Assembly: GCF_000150275.1 (NCBI RefSeq) | Contig: NW_002060948.1 | Span: forward strand, 744,001-808,000 | Direction: 5' to 3' | Source: Trichoplax adhaerens | Taxonomy: Eukaryota > Animalia > Placozoa | DNA length: 64,000 nt | In this document: piece by piece, positions 40,011-54,300 of the stretch | Numbering within the stretch: position 1 is the first letter of the stretch | Layout: each line of letters opens with the position of its first letter | Notes under the pieces: model-generated | Told to the model about the DNA's origin: nothing | Databases searched by the model: none | The model's input: the letters and a program-made list of their open reading frames with translations, nothing else | Program-made: the position numbers and the translations under genes

Positions 40011-42369
40011 ATGGAAAATTATTTCCGAGAAGTTGAGTAATGGAAAGCACTACAGAAAAACTTTAAAGAGAAGTTTGACTATTCGTATCGATTAGTGCCT
40101 TGTTAAAATATTTTTTGTCAGCTTGTTTCACTGTTTCAAAGTCAATCAATAAGCTCTACTTTAAAATATAATGTAGGGATTAAGCAATAGTACTTTCGTC
40201 AGTGCAATGTTACAAGTGTTGCAGTTTCTATCAATTCTACCATACGTTGATCGATTCGCGTTTGCTTTACAACAGTGGATCTAATATTGAATAGCGAAGA
40301 TAATCTGTTTTTCTAGTTTTCGATTTTATCCTCCTTTCCTTATATTTGTACATACTCGTAAATGTATAGTTAATATGGTATCACTACAAACTCTAACATG
40401 AGGTGAGGTGATGACAATTATTTATGTACGAATTTGTGTTAAAATTTAGCTTTTGTCAGGATTCCAGCGTCATCTACTGTATTTTTTCAATGCAGCTCTT
40501 GCTACGTAACTTTAATCTTATAAGCATATTCAATGAAGTCCTAATAAATTATACACAGCCCAGGCACATTGCATTAAATAAATTCCCTTCTCCTATCATA
40601 TTAAGCGAACTAAACAAATAATGTCCTTTCTATTAAAATAGCATTGATGATAAATTTAAGCAAATATTAATTTTTTTCACGAGAACATGTTCTAGTAAAA
40701 GCTAACACTGACAGCATGCATATTATGTATTCTTTTTCCATTTCTACTATACACGGGTAGTAAGAATGCACCAATTATCAAGGTGATCGTTCAGAAATTA
40801 CCAGATAAAAAATTGCCCTAATAGCTACCTTTTAATAATAAGCGATAAGATAAATTCTCTTTAATCTATACTACAGTTCAGCCTATAAACATAAATGAGA
40901 ATAAATTATCCACTTAATGTTCCGGATGACTAATTTTTCTCTTTGTAATGATCAGGTGAACATCCTTATTATTTTCTGCATCTTCTTTTATTACACTTTC
41001 AGTGGTCAATATAACTAAATCTCAGACTATATGACTTAATTAATAGCTAATAGTAGCCTTATACTAGTAACTTTTAGTCTTTTATTCTTATATTTAATTT
41101 AAAGTGTTGTTAATTTGTATGCTACTATGCTACTTAATACAATAAACTCCCTATATGGCGATCACTGTTTTCTTTTATCTTGTAAAAATATCAATTCAAT
41201 ATCGACGATTTTGGCTACACATGACTTTGTGAAATATAGACATATTTTTCGGTCAAATTTCCAAAACGCTATTCTCTATCCTATAAATTGCCTTCGTACA
41301 GAGATAGTTTAAAAATATTAATTTTACTCTTCAATCCATAACAAAAACTTTAAATTATTTCAATATGAATATTATCTAATAGATCTAAAGGTAAATTAGT
41401 AAATCACTAAAGAAATTATTCATCACGACGATTTTAGTTATATGATTCCGTATAATATAGATATAGCTTTTAGTAAATTATCCAAAATGCTATCCTCTAT
41501 CTTACAAATTAATACAAATTGCTATCCTACGGAGTCAATTTAAAATATTGAATATAATTTTCAATCCATATGTCATAGTCATCAAAATAACTTAGATATG
41601 GATGTGTAGTTTATGATAACATTTTATTTTGAACTTTTTAGAAGTGTAAACTACTACCTCAGGAATTGTTATTGTTAGTAATGCCCTAAGTTATTATGAT
41701 ATTATGATGATATAGTAGTAATATGTTACAAGTAAGTATCAAGAACATAGGAGCTTGACAGGGCTTACAGTCGAAGTAGATTTACGTATGAAATTGTTTA
41801 TTACATCGAATGTCCGTATTTAATAATTCAATCGTAATAACATGTTTGTTATTGAAATATGTTGGTAGCATAGTAAATATGTTTATAACTACTGAAAGAG
41901 TACGTAAGAACGACTGTGATCAATAAAAAGTGATTTTCAGGTTAAGGCTAAGCTGTGTGATAGTTTTATATCGTATAGTGTGTTGAGCGAGTTAATTATT
42001 CGCAAGGATTCCAATTACTATACCGTAGGCTAGGGAAGTAGTTCTGCGGATTATCGTAAAGTTTATTATAAGTACTGTGTTGTTTTCTTGTGTCGTAAGG
42101 GTAGTTGTGACACTATAACAAAATTATAAATCATTCCAACATCATTTAATAGATGTAAAGGTAAAGTAGTAACCCACTAAAGAAATTATTCATTCACTAG
42201 AATAATAAATGGATAAACTGGTAGACATAGTATTGTACAAACTACCAAATAAAACTGTATTATTTGATAATTAATCTTCAGCGATCGAAACATTACAATT
42301 AGATTATCTACCTAACCTTATAATTTATTTTGTAGATCTCTAAAATACATAATCACGAATAAACACAAG

Positions 42370-45300
42370 ATGAATCAAAAGAAAGATATTTTACTTTATG
42401 TCAACGGTGCTAAGGTAAGCCAATGAATCACTTGGCAAGCTATATGCAGCCAATTTCTATTTTATATTACATTATCTTCTAAATCTAAGAATTTAGAATA
42501 TCATTTATCGATGTGTTACAGCGTTATACACTGTAATATCGAGATTATAATAGAAACATCTATGTTAGGACAATTTTGTTGATTTACCCTTATATGAAGA
42601 GTTTCTATTTTAGATATATGATATTTAAATATAGCACTAGCTTTTATGGTGATATATATAGCTTACTGAAATTAGTAGTTTAAGTAGGGAATCGAGAATA
42701 ACCTTCTTATAATTCAAATCACTGTGATTGTAATTTACCTATGGTAGATTGTAGATTATCGTAGAAATGTTCCGAGACAGGACATATTGTAATCTGACAA
42801 TTTTGTATTAGTTATTCGATGTCTATGTTCGTAAATACTGTTGTCTTCATTAGGTAGCAGTAGATAAAATTGATTATAGATTAAACTGCAAATGATTCTA
42901 CGAAAGGGCATACTGTAATTCAGTCATTTAAAACTAGTTGCTAGATATCTATGACTATAAATATTTCTATATTAATTTGTTTATTAAGTAAGACTTGACT
43001 GTTAGAATCTCAAGATGATTCACCAATGTTAGCTGCTACCAAAGAGTATATAAACTCGGCAGATAATTGAGTAAAATCAATTCTCTAGTCATACAATGTA
43101 TCCTGGAAGAAAAGACTTCAAAATTCGTACGAGGAGTTAGGGATACTGTATCCCAGAGACTTTAGAAATTTAGCGATTTATTTTTAGCTAACCCTTGTTA
43201 CGAAGCTGTCTTGTAACAGATTTTGATTAACTTTTACAATGCGTTTGCTTTTTTAGTATATAGTAGAGAATGTACAACCAGAATGGACGTTATTGCGTTT
43301 TCTTCGAAACCAATGTAATTTTCTACAATAAATCCATGCAAAATATATGAAATATTGTAAAAATTAAAACTACTTTATGATAGATTGATAGAGTCAAGTG
43401 ATAATATTTTAATAACTGCAGTAACATAAAAAAAATCAATTAGTTAGAAGTGAAAATTCAGTGTAATAATAACTATTTTAACTAATCTGCATCCATTAGT
43501 ACATTTAACTGGGACGAAATTGGCATGTGGCGAAGGAGGTTGTGGAGCCTGTACTGCTATGATCTCGAGATACGATCGATTTGAAGAAAAAATCATGTAT
43601 CCAACAATATCGTATTTATCAACTAATTGATTGTATGGGCTATTATTATTTCAATCGAAGCATAGTATCAAAATACTAGAATCTATTAAAATAAAATAAG
43701 TTGTAATATAAAATTTACGGACTTGAAGATAAAATATCATATTTTTTAGCATAGATTAATGATTTTATATTTAGGTGTCCAATTTTGTCTGTAGTGGGGA
43801 AATAGATCTTTCAATAATACTGTCTGTATTAAAAGCATTTGATCTATTAAAATTATTCTACCTTCAATATAAAATTTGAATAGTGAAAGAAAAAGCATCG
43901 CTTTACTCTTGAGATAGATTAATTATTTTACATTCGGCACTCAATTTTTTCTGTAGTGCGGATATAGGTCTTTTAATGATACTAACAGTGTTAAAGTTAA
44001 CATTACATAGCATAAAAACGAAGATTCAATACAAAGAGAGCTAAAAATTCTTTAACATATGTATAAAAGCCACTATACAGTGAACACTTGTCTAATTCCG
44101 TTGTGCACTCTGGATTTTACTGCTGTAACCACGGTTGAGGGAATAGGAAGTACAAACACTAAATTGCATCCAGTTCAGGTGGAATATTTATAAATTTAAA
44201 TCCAAAGCTCCTTTAACAGTATCATCATTTATGATCAGCAATAATGATTTGCGCTAAGCATTACAAAATTGCAAGTCATGGAATATTAAGAAGGGTTCAT
44301 ATTTATTGCCCTTTCAATAGGAGCGAATTGCTAAAACTCATGGATCTCAATGTGGATTTTGCACACCTGGATTTGTCATGTCTATGTATACATTACTTCG
44401 AAATAATCCACAGCCAACAGAAGAAGAAATCGAATCAGCATGTGAAGGTGCATAGCGTATTCGAAATAACGAAATTGTCGTGATAGTTTATCCTAATAGA
44501 ATCTACAATGCTATTATTACAATTAGTATGTATACATGCCTGAAATTAATATGATATAGTGACGATAATTATATAATACAGGTAATTTATGTCGATGTAC
44601 CGGATATCGAGGGATACTTGATGGATTTAAAACATTTTCCAAGGTAATACATTAATTCAAATTAAATAAACTGACGAAATTCTCGTACATTAGTTGATGA
44701 AAATAAGTTTATCGCAATTGCTGGGAAATTTTATGTAAGCAAAATTCCAATGGTCATACGATAGCGATCATAACGATAAAAGTAGATTTAAAATGTTAAA
44801 AGACAAATTAGCTATAGAATTTTACATGTAGATAAAAGTAGCTTAGCCATAAATTATGAAATGTATTCATTACAAGTTTTGTATGGAATGATTTACGTGC
44901 ATAATGTGTTCATATCAATTATTATTTTTAACAAAATAGTATGATTAGAAACTATATTTATTTGGCATCTATTCTCTAATGATTATCCATATGTATTTTT
45001 GAAGAGTTATTGCTGCAAGAAAGAACTAAAGAACGCTGAAGTAGAAAATGAAGTGGTAAAATTATCTTAATCCTGAAATCAAAGTAGAGTTTGATTATAT
45101 TACAGTCTAAAGCTTATTTTATTGCTTACTTACCATTTCTTGTTGAACCAGTAGTTATAAGTTGATTATTACTCGAATGAAATTGAAACTATTTAATATA
45201 TCGAAGCTTTTATTAAGTTGCTTAAGGTTAACAAGATTAACAATCTAGTCATGTTAAAAGTATATTGCTTGAGTAGGATGGAGCTTTGTCTTTAATTATA

Positions 45301-48300
45301 GATGTTTTAGTTTTGGATTACAATACATTCCATAGAGAGCCTACATATATTTTAGCTATCAGCATAGAACATATTTAATATTCAATAACATCAATTACTA
45401 GTATGTTCAGATATACGAAGTAAGATAACCGTAAAAGTCATTTTTCACAGGGAGAAATGACCTGCAAATTATACAGCTTGTCTGAATTTGAAGAGTATGA
45501 TCCCTCTCAGGACCTCATATTTCCTCCAGAGTTACTGGTAATCTCTTGTTAATCTTTATCCTATTTTACTATACGTAAACTGTATCCATGAATTTCGTTA
45601 ATGTATCTATATTTAAAGCAATAATTGTGCATAAATCATCTTGCTTTAAATCTATTTTGTGAAACAGATCATGAAGGACCGACCTCAACATAGTCTAAGC
45701 ATTACTGGCAAACAATTTACCTGGTTTAGGCCATCTACTATAGATGAACTCTTATCCCTCAAGAAAGAGTATCCCGCGGCGAAACTAGTGGTTGGAAATA
45801 CAGAAATTGGTTAGCAAGTGCTATAAATAATATAATATAATAAACTATCTCCTATCATTCTATCAAGATGTCTCTGTATGCTACCAAAATATTACAGTAG
45901 GTCAATCATAAATTGTTAAATATTTTAAAAATAATATAATACAATAAACTATTTCCTTTTGTCTTATCGATAAGTCTCTGCATGCTACCAAAATATTACA
46001 GTATGTCAAACATAAATTGCTCTTAATTCTAGAGGTTTTATGAAATTGCAATGTCTCAATTTAGCATTAAGTAGTTGAAAGGAAATTCTGAATGAAATTA
46101 GCCAGCTAGAATAAAATGAATTCGATTCTATAGGTCTTGAAATGAAATCGAAATGCCTTCGATATCCAGTTTTAATTTCACCATGTGAAATACCACAGTT
46201 AAATGGCGTACATTATGCAAATGAAGGAATTGAGCTTGGTGCATGTATTAGCTTGACAAGATTAAATAAAGTTTTAAAGGAAGTAATCGAAAAATTACCA
46301 GGTACAGAAATGCCTAACTTTATTTACATAGCGTATTCTTTACTTCAGTCGATTCGATTAGAATTGTTTTTTTATCATTACGTCAAGAATATAAGACAAG
46401 AGTCTTTGCAGCTATAGTTGAAATGCTACGATGGTTTGGTGGGCAACAAATTAGGAATGTTGGCGTAAGTAGATTAATGTTCATAATAAAAGATTTTCAT
46501 AACTTTAAATGGGTAAAGATTATCCATTTTCAAATTATTGATTTATTAATGCTGAATAGAGTATCGTTGGCAATATTATGAACGCGAGTCCAATCTCTGA
46601 TCTAAATCCGTTATTCTTAGCAGCTAAGGCGAAGTTGACTATCCAATCAGTAGATGGTATTTTATATTATTATGATATAAGTTTACTTAAATTCAATGAC
46701 CGAACGGAAACATCTATATTTCGAGAAAAATAATGTACATGTATTTGGAGTATCAAAATTAGAATTAAGCCAAATTTGGTAGCAATAAACAATTAAGGTA
46801 TTAAAAAAATTTATATCTTGCTTTACTTGCCTTTCAGGTCTTAAGAAGGTTATTACTATGGACGAAAACTTTTTTACCAGTTACCGTAAAACTTGCATAA
46901 AGGAAGATGAAATTGTTATTTCCATTCTTATTCCCTATACTATCGAGGTAAGCTACCCCAAAATGATGGCTATATCATCTGTTGGCAATTCGTGCATAGT
47001 TGTAGCTCTGTTATGGTTAGAAAGCGATTCTCAATGTTTACTCTATTTTCTTACCATTAAGAACGAATATTTTTACGGATTTAAACAAGCTCGTCGACGC
47101 ACTGATGATTTAGCGATAGTTAATGCTGGAATGCGAATTATTATAAGTAAATCGGAGCGAGAGTCGAACTTTACTATTAAGGATTGCTTATTGTGCTTCG
47201 GTGGTATGGCTGCAGTAACCGTTATTGCTAAGCAAGCAAGCAATTTCCTGATTGGAAGGCAAGCTAAATTACTTCTACTAGATATATTGTATAATCTGTT
47301 GTTATTATACTTAATCAAATATTGTATATACTGTATATATAGTCTATGAACTTATCTATAGTCTCACCTTAAATTTAATTTCTTGCTTAATATTAACAGT
47401 TTTCACGATAAAGTATCGGATAGCAAATAGACATTTTATAGATCTATGTGAATTTGCGTCCCCAATTTTTTCTTTTCATTTTTAGCAATTGAGTATAGTA
47501 AAATAAAAAAGTTCAGAGAGCAAATAAATTTATACATCTACATGAAACATCACAAGAAAGTTTAATTCTATAAAATCTCTGTTACTAAAGAATGAAAATA
47601 AACTGGAATATGATCTGCTTTGGTGATAACTTTCTAATATATTCGATCAATTCTGGTGATTTTGCTTTTAACAGTGATCGTTCTATCATTTCAATCAAAA
47701 TTATACAAGATTCTTAATTGCACCCATAAACATAATATAATACATTCTATTTTTAAATTATCCGAAATCGATTGTATCTTCTATATTACTTAACTAGTAT
47801 CTGGTAAAATGAAAGATAGTTTAGAGATTCTGTAGGATACACGCATAAAACACTGATAGAGCACATTATATAAATTTGTAAAGGAAAACTTATTTTATAA
47901 TTTGAAAATTATCTCATACTAGACCTTTATTACTAAGAGTTTCCATCATAATGTAGAGGGAAAAATTTATAACGGATTATATTTTGATTTGATAGGCCGT
48001 GGAATACAACTTTAACTGAATCTGTTATTCATTTATTAAACGAAGATATGCCGTTGCCTTTCTCTGCTCCTGGAGGAATGATCGAATTTAGGAAAGCTTT
48101 AGCAGCGAGTTTCTTTTTTAAATTCTACTTATTGGTTACGTCCCAGATATCGATAGAAAAGGTTTTTTAATGAAATAAGCAATTAAATAAATATTATTAA
48201 CACTTGTACTGCATAAATTTGTAATGTCACAGTAAAAATTATATTAATCAATTCCGCCTAAATTTTAATCTAGGAAAATTTAACCAGTCAACTGCCAACT

Positions 48301-51300
48301 TCTTATTTAAGTGCTTGCTCTGTCTTTAAACAAGATCCAATGCAGAGTATTCAAGTATTTGAGGTAAGTCAAACCCATCTCAAATTATTTGAATACATTT
48401 TGCTATATGAAAAGTAATCATAGACTAGTAATTATTTAAAATTTGACCTTACTAAACTAGCAGTCATTTTTGAATACCAACTTAAATTTGGACAAAAGCA
48501 CCTATTTCTTATAATTTAACGATAAGCTTATGAAACTCTCAAATGTCATTTACGTTAAGATAAATTCCATCTGAGATTCCTCATCATTTTAATTTAATTA
48601 CATAAATATTATTTAACAATAAATTGAATCTGCCTACAGTTTACAGTATGCAGTATATAACCAAGATAGTAAGACTAGTATCTTTAAAATAGAGCCCAGA
48701 CCGAATACTCAGGTTCACATTAAGTTAAAAATAAATAGAGTTTAAAAATCAATGGATAAATAGAGTACAAAAGCCTTTCATATGCACTAGAGATACTATT
48801 TACATTATAATAACTCGCTAGAAAGCAAGATTAAATTTAGCATGTGATGGAAAATTTATCAAGTACGAAAAGCAATTTCTATACTAGTATAGAAGAAATA
48901 CAGTATTTTATCTATCTGCGAAAATATGAGATTCAAGTATTGGTTTACTGTTAGAGAAATCGATCTACAAAAACATGTAGAAATTAAATAAGACATTCCT
49001 TTCAAACGTATTTAGAAACCCGACCCTAATTTGCCGCCAGATAGTGGCATGAGAAAGCCAATTGTCCATCAATCTGCTTTAACACAAGCAACGGGAGAAG
49101 CTATCTACAGTGATGATTTACCCACTTTTTCAAGTATAATTTTCATCTATTTGCTATAATTATTATAAAGCTTCCAAATAGATTGCCGTTCTTGATTGAT
49201 AAATATCCATTTGTAATGTAAATTAACGCTGATATTTATAACTTTTGTAGATGAATTAAATGCTAGTTTAGTGCTGAGTAAAAAGCCGCATGCTGTAATT
49301 AAGTAAGGCAACTAATATTCTGATGGAATATATCTGCAACTGTTATCATACTAAAATTACATGAATTATATTTAAAGATCTATAAGATTTGAAAAAGCAC
49401 TCCAAATGCCAGGTGTTGTAAGTCATGTTACAGCAGCGGATATTCCCGGAACTAATCATTTTGGCCCTGCTGTTGCCGACGATGAAGTATTTGCTACTAC
49501 AAAGGTACTTGGCTGATTTAGTGACGGTTACACAAGATCGCGTATACAAGTCTAATATTCTCCAGTAGTTGTTTATCTATCGATTTATCTATATGTAGAA
49601 ATTCAAAGTGGATAGGTCTACTAGTCTATTGCTCAATCGTAATCTCGATTTCGATATCGACAGGTTACTTGCATAGGTCATATTATTGGAGTTATTTTAG
49701 CGGATACTAAAGAACATGCTGATGATGCGGTTGCAGCCGTAGAAATCGAATACAAAGATTTACCTGCAATATTAACCATAGAAGTATGCGAGAATCATGG
49801 TTACAGTTCTAGTATTTCATAAAGGGGCAATGATGACATTGATATTGTGATTTTCGATATATGACTTCTTTTTTCATCATGCTTGTGTATTTTAGGAAGC
49901 GATAGAAGCAAAATCTTTTTACCAACCGATCCGCCATCGTCAAGTAGGAGATGTAGAGCAGGAATTGGAAATGTCCGATCAAGTTATCGAGGGAGAGCTT
50001 CGAATTGGTGGACAGGTAATTGGATAAAATAAAGGGTTGGAATGGTTTAATCTGATGGATTGCCATAACTAACAATTTACGTCATTGAATTGATGCTTCA
50101 AGTAAAAGTTAATGCTTACAATATTAATATTTGCCCAGTTTCTGTTTAATCCTTACCGCATTAAACACGATTTAGGAACATTTCTATTTCGAAACACAAA
50201 GTTGTCTGGCATTACCTAAGCTTGAAAACGGTGAAATGGAAATTTTTGCTTCTACTCAGAATCCTAGCGGAACACAATTAACAGCGGCAAGGACTTTAGC
50301 TATTCCAGCTAATAGAGTTGTGTGTCGAGTTAAACGCTTAGGTGCACGGCTATATTTTAACAGGAATAATTATGCTGCATAATCATCGGTGTTGATAGTA
50401 TCTTCAATTAACTGTGATTCCATATACTCTTTTGTCATCCTAATAAATTAAGGAGGAGGATTTGGTGGAAAAGAAACACGGACAGTCGGATTTACCACAG
50501 CAATTGCAGTTGCGGCACAAAAGTAAAGCCAGTAAACACTACTGTATAATATCCCAACTTAAAAGTACTCCATAAAGCCAACATTATCCATGACATGATG
50601 GATTCTCATTTCATTCATAACTATCCCACAGAATAATATCATAACTTAAATTGTCCTATAAATCCAGCAATATCTATAACATGATAGATTCTCATTTCTT
50701 TTACAATTACCCCATAGAATAATATCCTAACGTAAATTATCTCACAAAGCCAACATTATCTATGAATGAATGGATTCTCATATCTTTCACATTTATCCCG
50801 TAGTTCTTATTTAGCGTTACTGTTGCTCATAATTGATTAACATAATCAAATCTACGTTATTGTCAGTATATCACTTTTTCGCCAAGCATATTAAGATCAT
50901 TAATGGCAGACGTAGTACAGTAGATATAATTTTGTTTTCCTGGGCTATATATCATGAGACAATTTGTAATTCTGTCCCAGTCCAGAGTATACCCGACTAA
51001 ATTATACTTGTAGACGCTTTCTGCTCAATTTAAACGCTCTACAGGTTCATAGTCATGATTTCATTAATCAATCTGCAAAGTTTAAAATATAATATTGCTA
51101 TAATATATAAAGTTGATATTTTTATGTTCTTTTTATTTTACTTTACGATACTGACAGCATCTAACAGTATTTTAAAGTTAATCTTTATAGCTAGCTTGAA
51201 ATGCTCAAAAGTAATTAAAGATTTATTCTTTAATTTTCAAGCCATAGAATACCATTGCTTCATGATTTATAATTTCATGCAATCATAATATCATAATAAG

Positions 51301-54300
51301 TATCGTAGAAGTTTTATGCAGGTATAGATCTGCTGACGCGTATATATATGCACATTCCAACATTTAGGGTTAGAAAGCCAGTTCGATGTGTTCTGGAAAG
51401 AGATATTGACATGTCAATAACTGGAACAAGACATCCTTTTTTATTTAGATATAAGGTAATACGTGAATGAATATCGCCGTTAAATACAGATTACAGATGT
51501 AAAGCAGGTTTTGGTATTAAAAGAGCTTTACTATGCGTATTTAGGTTGGATTTTCTAATAATGGAGCTGTTCGTGCTTTAAAAATTCGTATGTATTCTAA
51601 CGCTGGAAACTCGTTCGATTTGTCCTTAGCGGTACGAAGAGCAATTTATCTTTTAAAAGCTACTATAGTTATCTCATCAACTTAAGTTGTTATAACACGA
51701 AGTAGGCAGTAATCGTTATTATTGTGTAAATCTTTCAGGTTATGGAGCGTGCCTTAATAGGATTTCGAAGCTGTTACCATTTTTCAAATATTGATATTAT
51801 GGGTTATATATGTAAAACAAATATTCCATCCAACACAGCTTTTAGAGGATTTGGTTCTCCTCAGGTATGTTAGAGATTGTTTCGTCTGATCTGCCAATAT
51901 CATTTTGACATTGTGTTAAATCTGTTATCCCTATTTGTGGGTTATTTATAAGACTAATGTAATGAAATTGTTCGTAATTCTAGGATCATATTTACTTTTT
52001 TTACAGGGAATGTTATTAACCGAGACGATATTAAATGATGTTGCTACAGCATGTGATCTTCCTCCATTGAAGGTGGTAGTACAATCCAGTTTATGGTTTT
52101 GCTACAGTGCAGAAGCCATGCAATCAAATTAGAATATTGAGTAATTTCTATTATTCGTATATCATTTAACTCAGGTTAGAGAGGTTAACCTGCATAAAGA
52201 CGGTGATTTGGCTCATTATAATATGACTGTGGAGAATAGCAAAGCTAGCCTTGTTTTACAGCAAGTCGTTGAAAAGAGTCATTACGAACGTCGCAAACAA
52301 CAAATTAGTTCCTTCAATAGGTAATAAAGCTAATTTTTAATCTTTAATATTATCGCAATTTCCATTTATACTGTAGTCAAGACGGTAATTGGATTCTAGA
52401 AACTATGGATTAATGCCTATCAATGCATAATTTTTTCCGCCGTTATAATAAAGCTACGACCAAATACGTATTGATGTTTAATTAATGGACGTTTTGATCA
52501 TGGTATATATACACGTATACAGTACATATGGTTAAGAATTGAAGGAATTAGATATATCAAGCTGTATTTTAATCTACAATTATTGATGAAATTATTGACT
52601 GTATCATTCTCCTTCCATGTAGTAATACAATGATAGTCTATTTCATTTATTTAGGTAGTATTTGGTCATATTTAAATCATTTTTAATTACTAATAACGCC
52701 AAAATAAAGTCTTGCTCTTTCATATTTTTATGAAATAAGAAGCAAATAAACAACCGCAGAGAATATTTCGCTCTTTAATATTAATGAAATCACTTAAAAT
52801 TCTTTATCGATCATTCGTATTTTCCTAACATATACTAATACTGTCCAATTGTACCGTACTTAGTTGTAAGGATTTATTGGGTATTATTGCGTTTAAATAA
52901 TAAACAGTTTCGATTTTTACTATTTATAATTGCAGAGAAAATCGATGGAAGAAACGCGGTATTGCTGTCATTCCTACCGGCTTCCCAATATCCTATCCAT
53001 TAAAGTTTTTTAATCAGGTGTTAATATAGTAATAGAAATCGTGGACTGGCATTAATTTAATAAGTATAAAGCGAAGCATCTCCAATATTTTAACTATTTT
53101 CAAATCTTTAGGGTGGCGCTCTAGTTATGATTTATCTAGATGGTTCAGTTTTACTATCTCATGGCGGAACTGAAATGGGCCAAGGTTTACATACTAAATT
53201 AACACAGGTCTGCATAAAATTGTAATTCAGTAGCAATGATTAAAATTACGATAGTTGAAATTTCAAGTGTAAAATTAATTTGTTCGAGATGCAGTTAGTG
53301 TTGCTTAATTATTACATAATTAATAAGAAATAAAAATAGTTAGGAATATAGCCTACAATCCCTTTTTACTACCTACGGATGCAGATGCAACTGTGGTGTT
53401 AATATACTCATTGCAAGCGCAAACATTGGATTAAGAGCAGAAATAGCAGCAGTAATCGTAATTCCGCTACAGTTACTCTAATATTAATATCATCTCTATG
53501 TTAGATTTGTTCGCACGTTTTGGGAGTACCAGTTGAGAAGGTACATATGCTTGAGACATCAACGTCGTCTGTTCCCAACACTACGCCAACATCGGCATCC
53601 GTAGCTACCGACTTAAATGGTGGAGCAGTTCTTGTAAGCATGTTTGTTACTATCCTTTATTGAATGAGAATTTTAAATAATAAATGTACTGTTAGTATTT
53701 AGGTTTGTCCTTTTAATGTTGTTATACGTCATTGTTATTTAAAAGAATGGGTTATAAATCTGTTACTAATTTTCTAATGTATAATTCATGATCAATATTG
53801 AATCAAAATTTATAACCATCTCTAGATAGAATTGCCACTTTAATTTAATTTCTTTTGGAGCTAAGCTTCGTAAAGTATAATATTTTAATGGTATAAAATT
53901 TCTATTAAAAAGATGAAATATTTTATCTAGAATGCGTGTGAAAAGTTAAAAGATAGGATTGCTCCTTATCAAGCTGCTAATCCAAAAGGAAAATGGGAAG
54001 ATTGGGTAAATACATGATTTAAGAACACATCTGCAGTGATTTCATATTTAGATTATATGCCATTAAGCAGATTTTTGCATAGTATTCTGTCGTATACAAT
54101 ATTTCAGCATAGATTATTACCAATTATTAGAAATGATTGAATTGACTTAGCCACATTATTTACAAGGCTGAAGAAATATGTAATTTTAGCCTAAATACTT
54201 AGCGATTTATTATTCAAATTGTTGCTGTCATCATCTACTAGCAAATAGACATCTATTCAAATCTTGTAGATATTGGTTATCTTTACACAGACATTTAACA

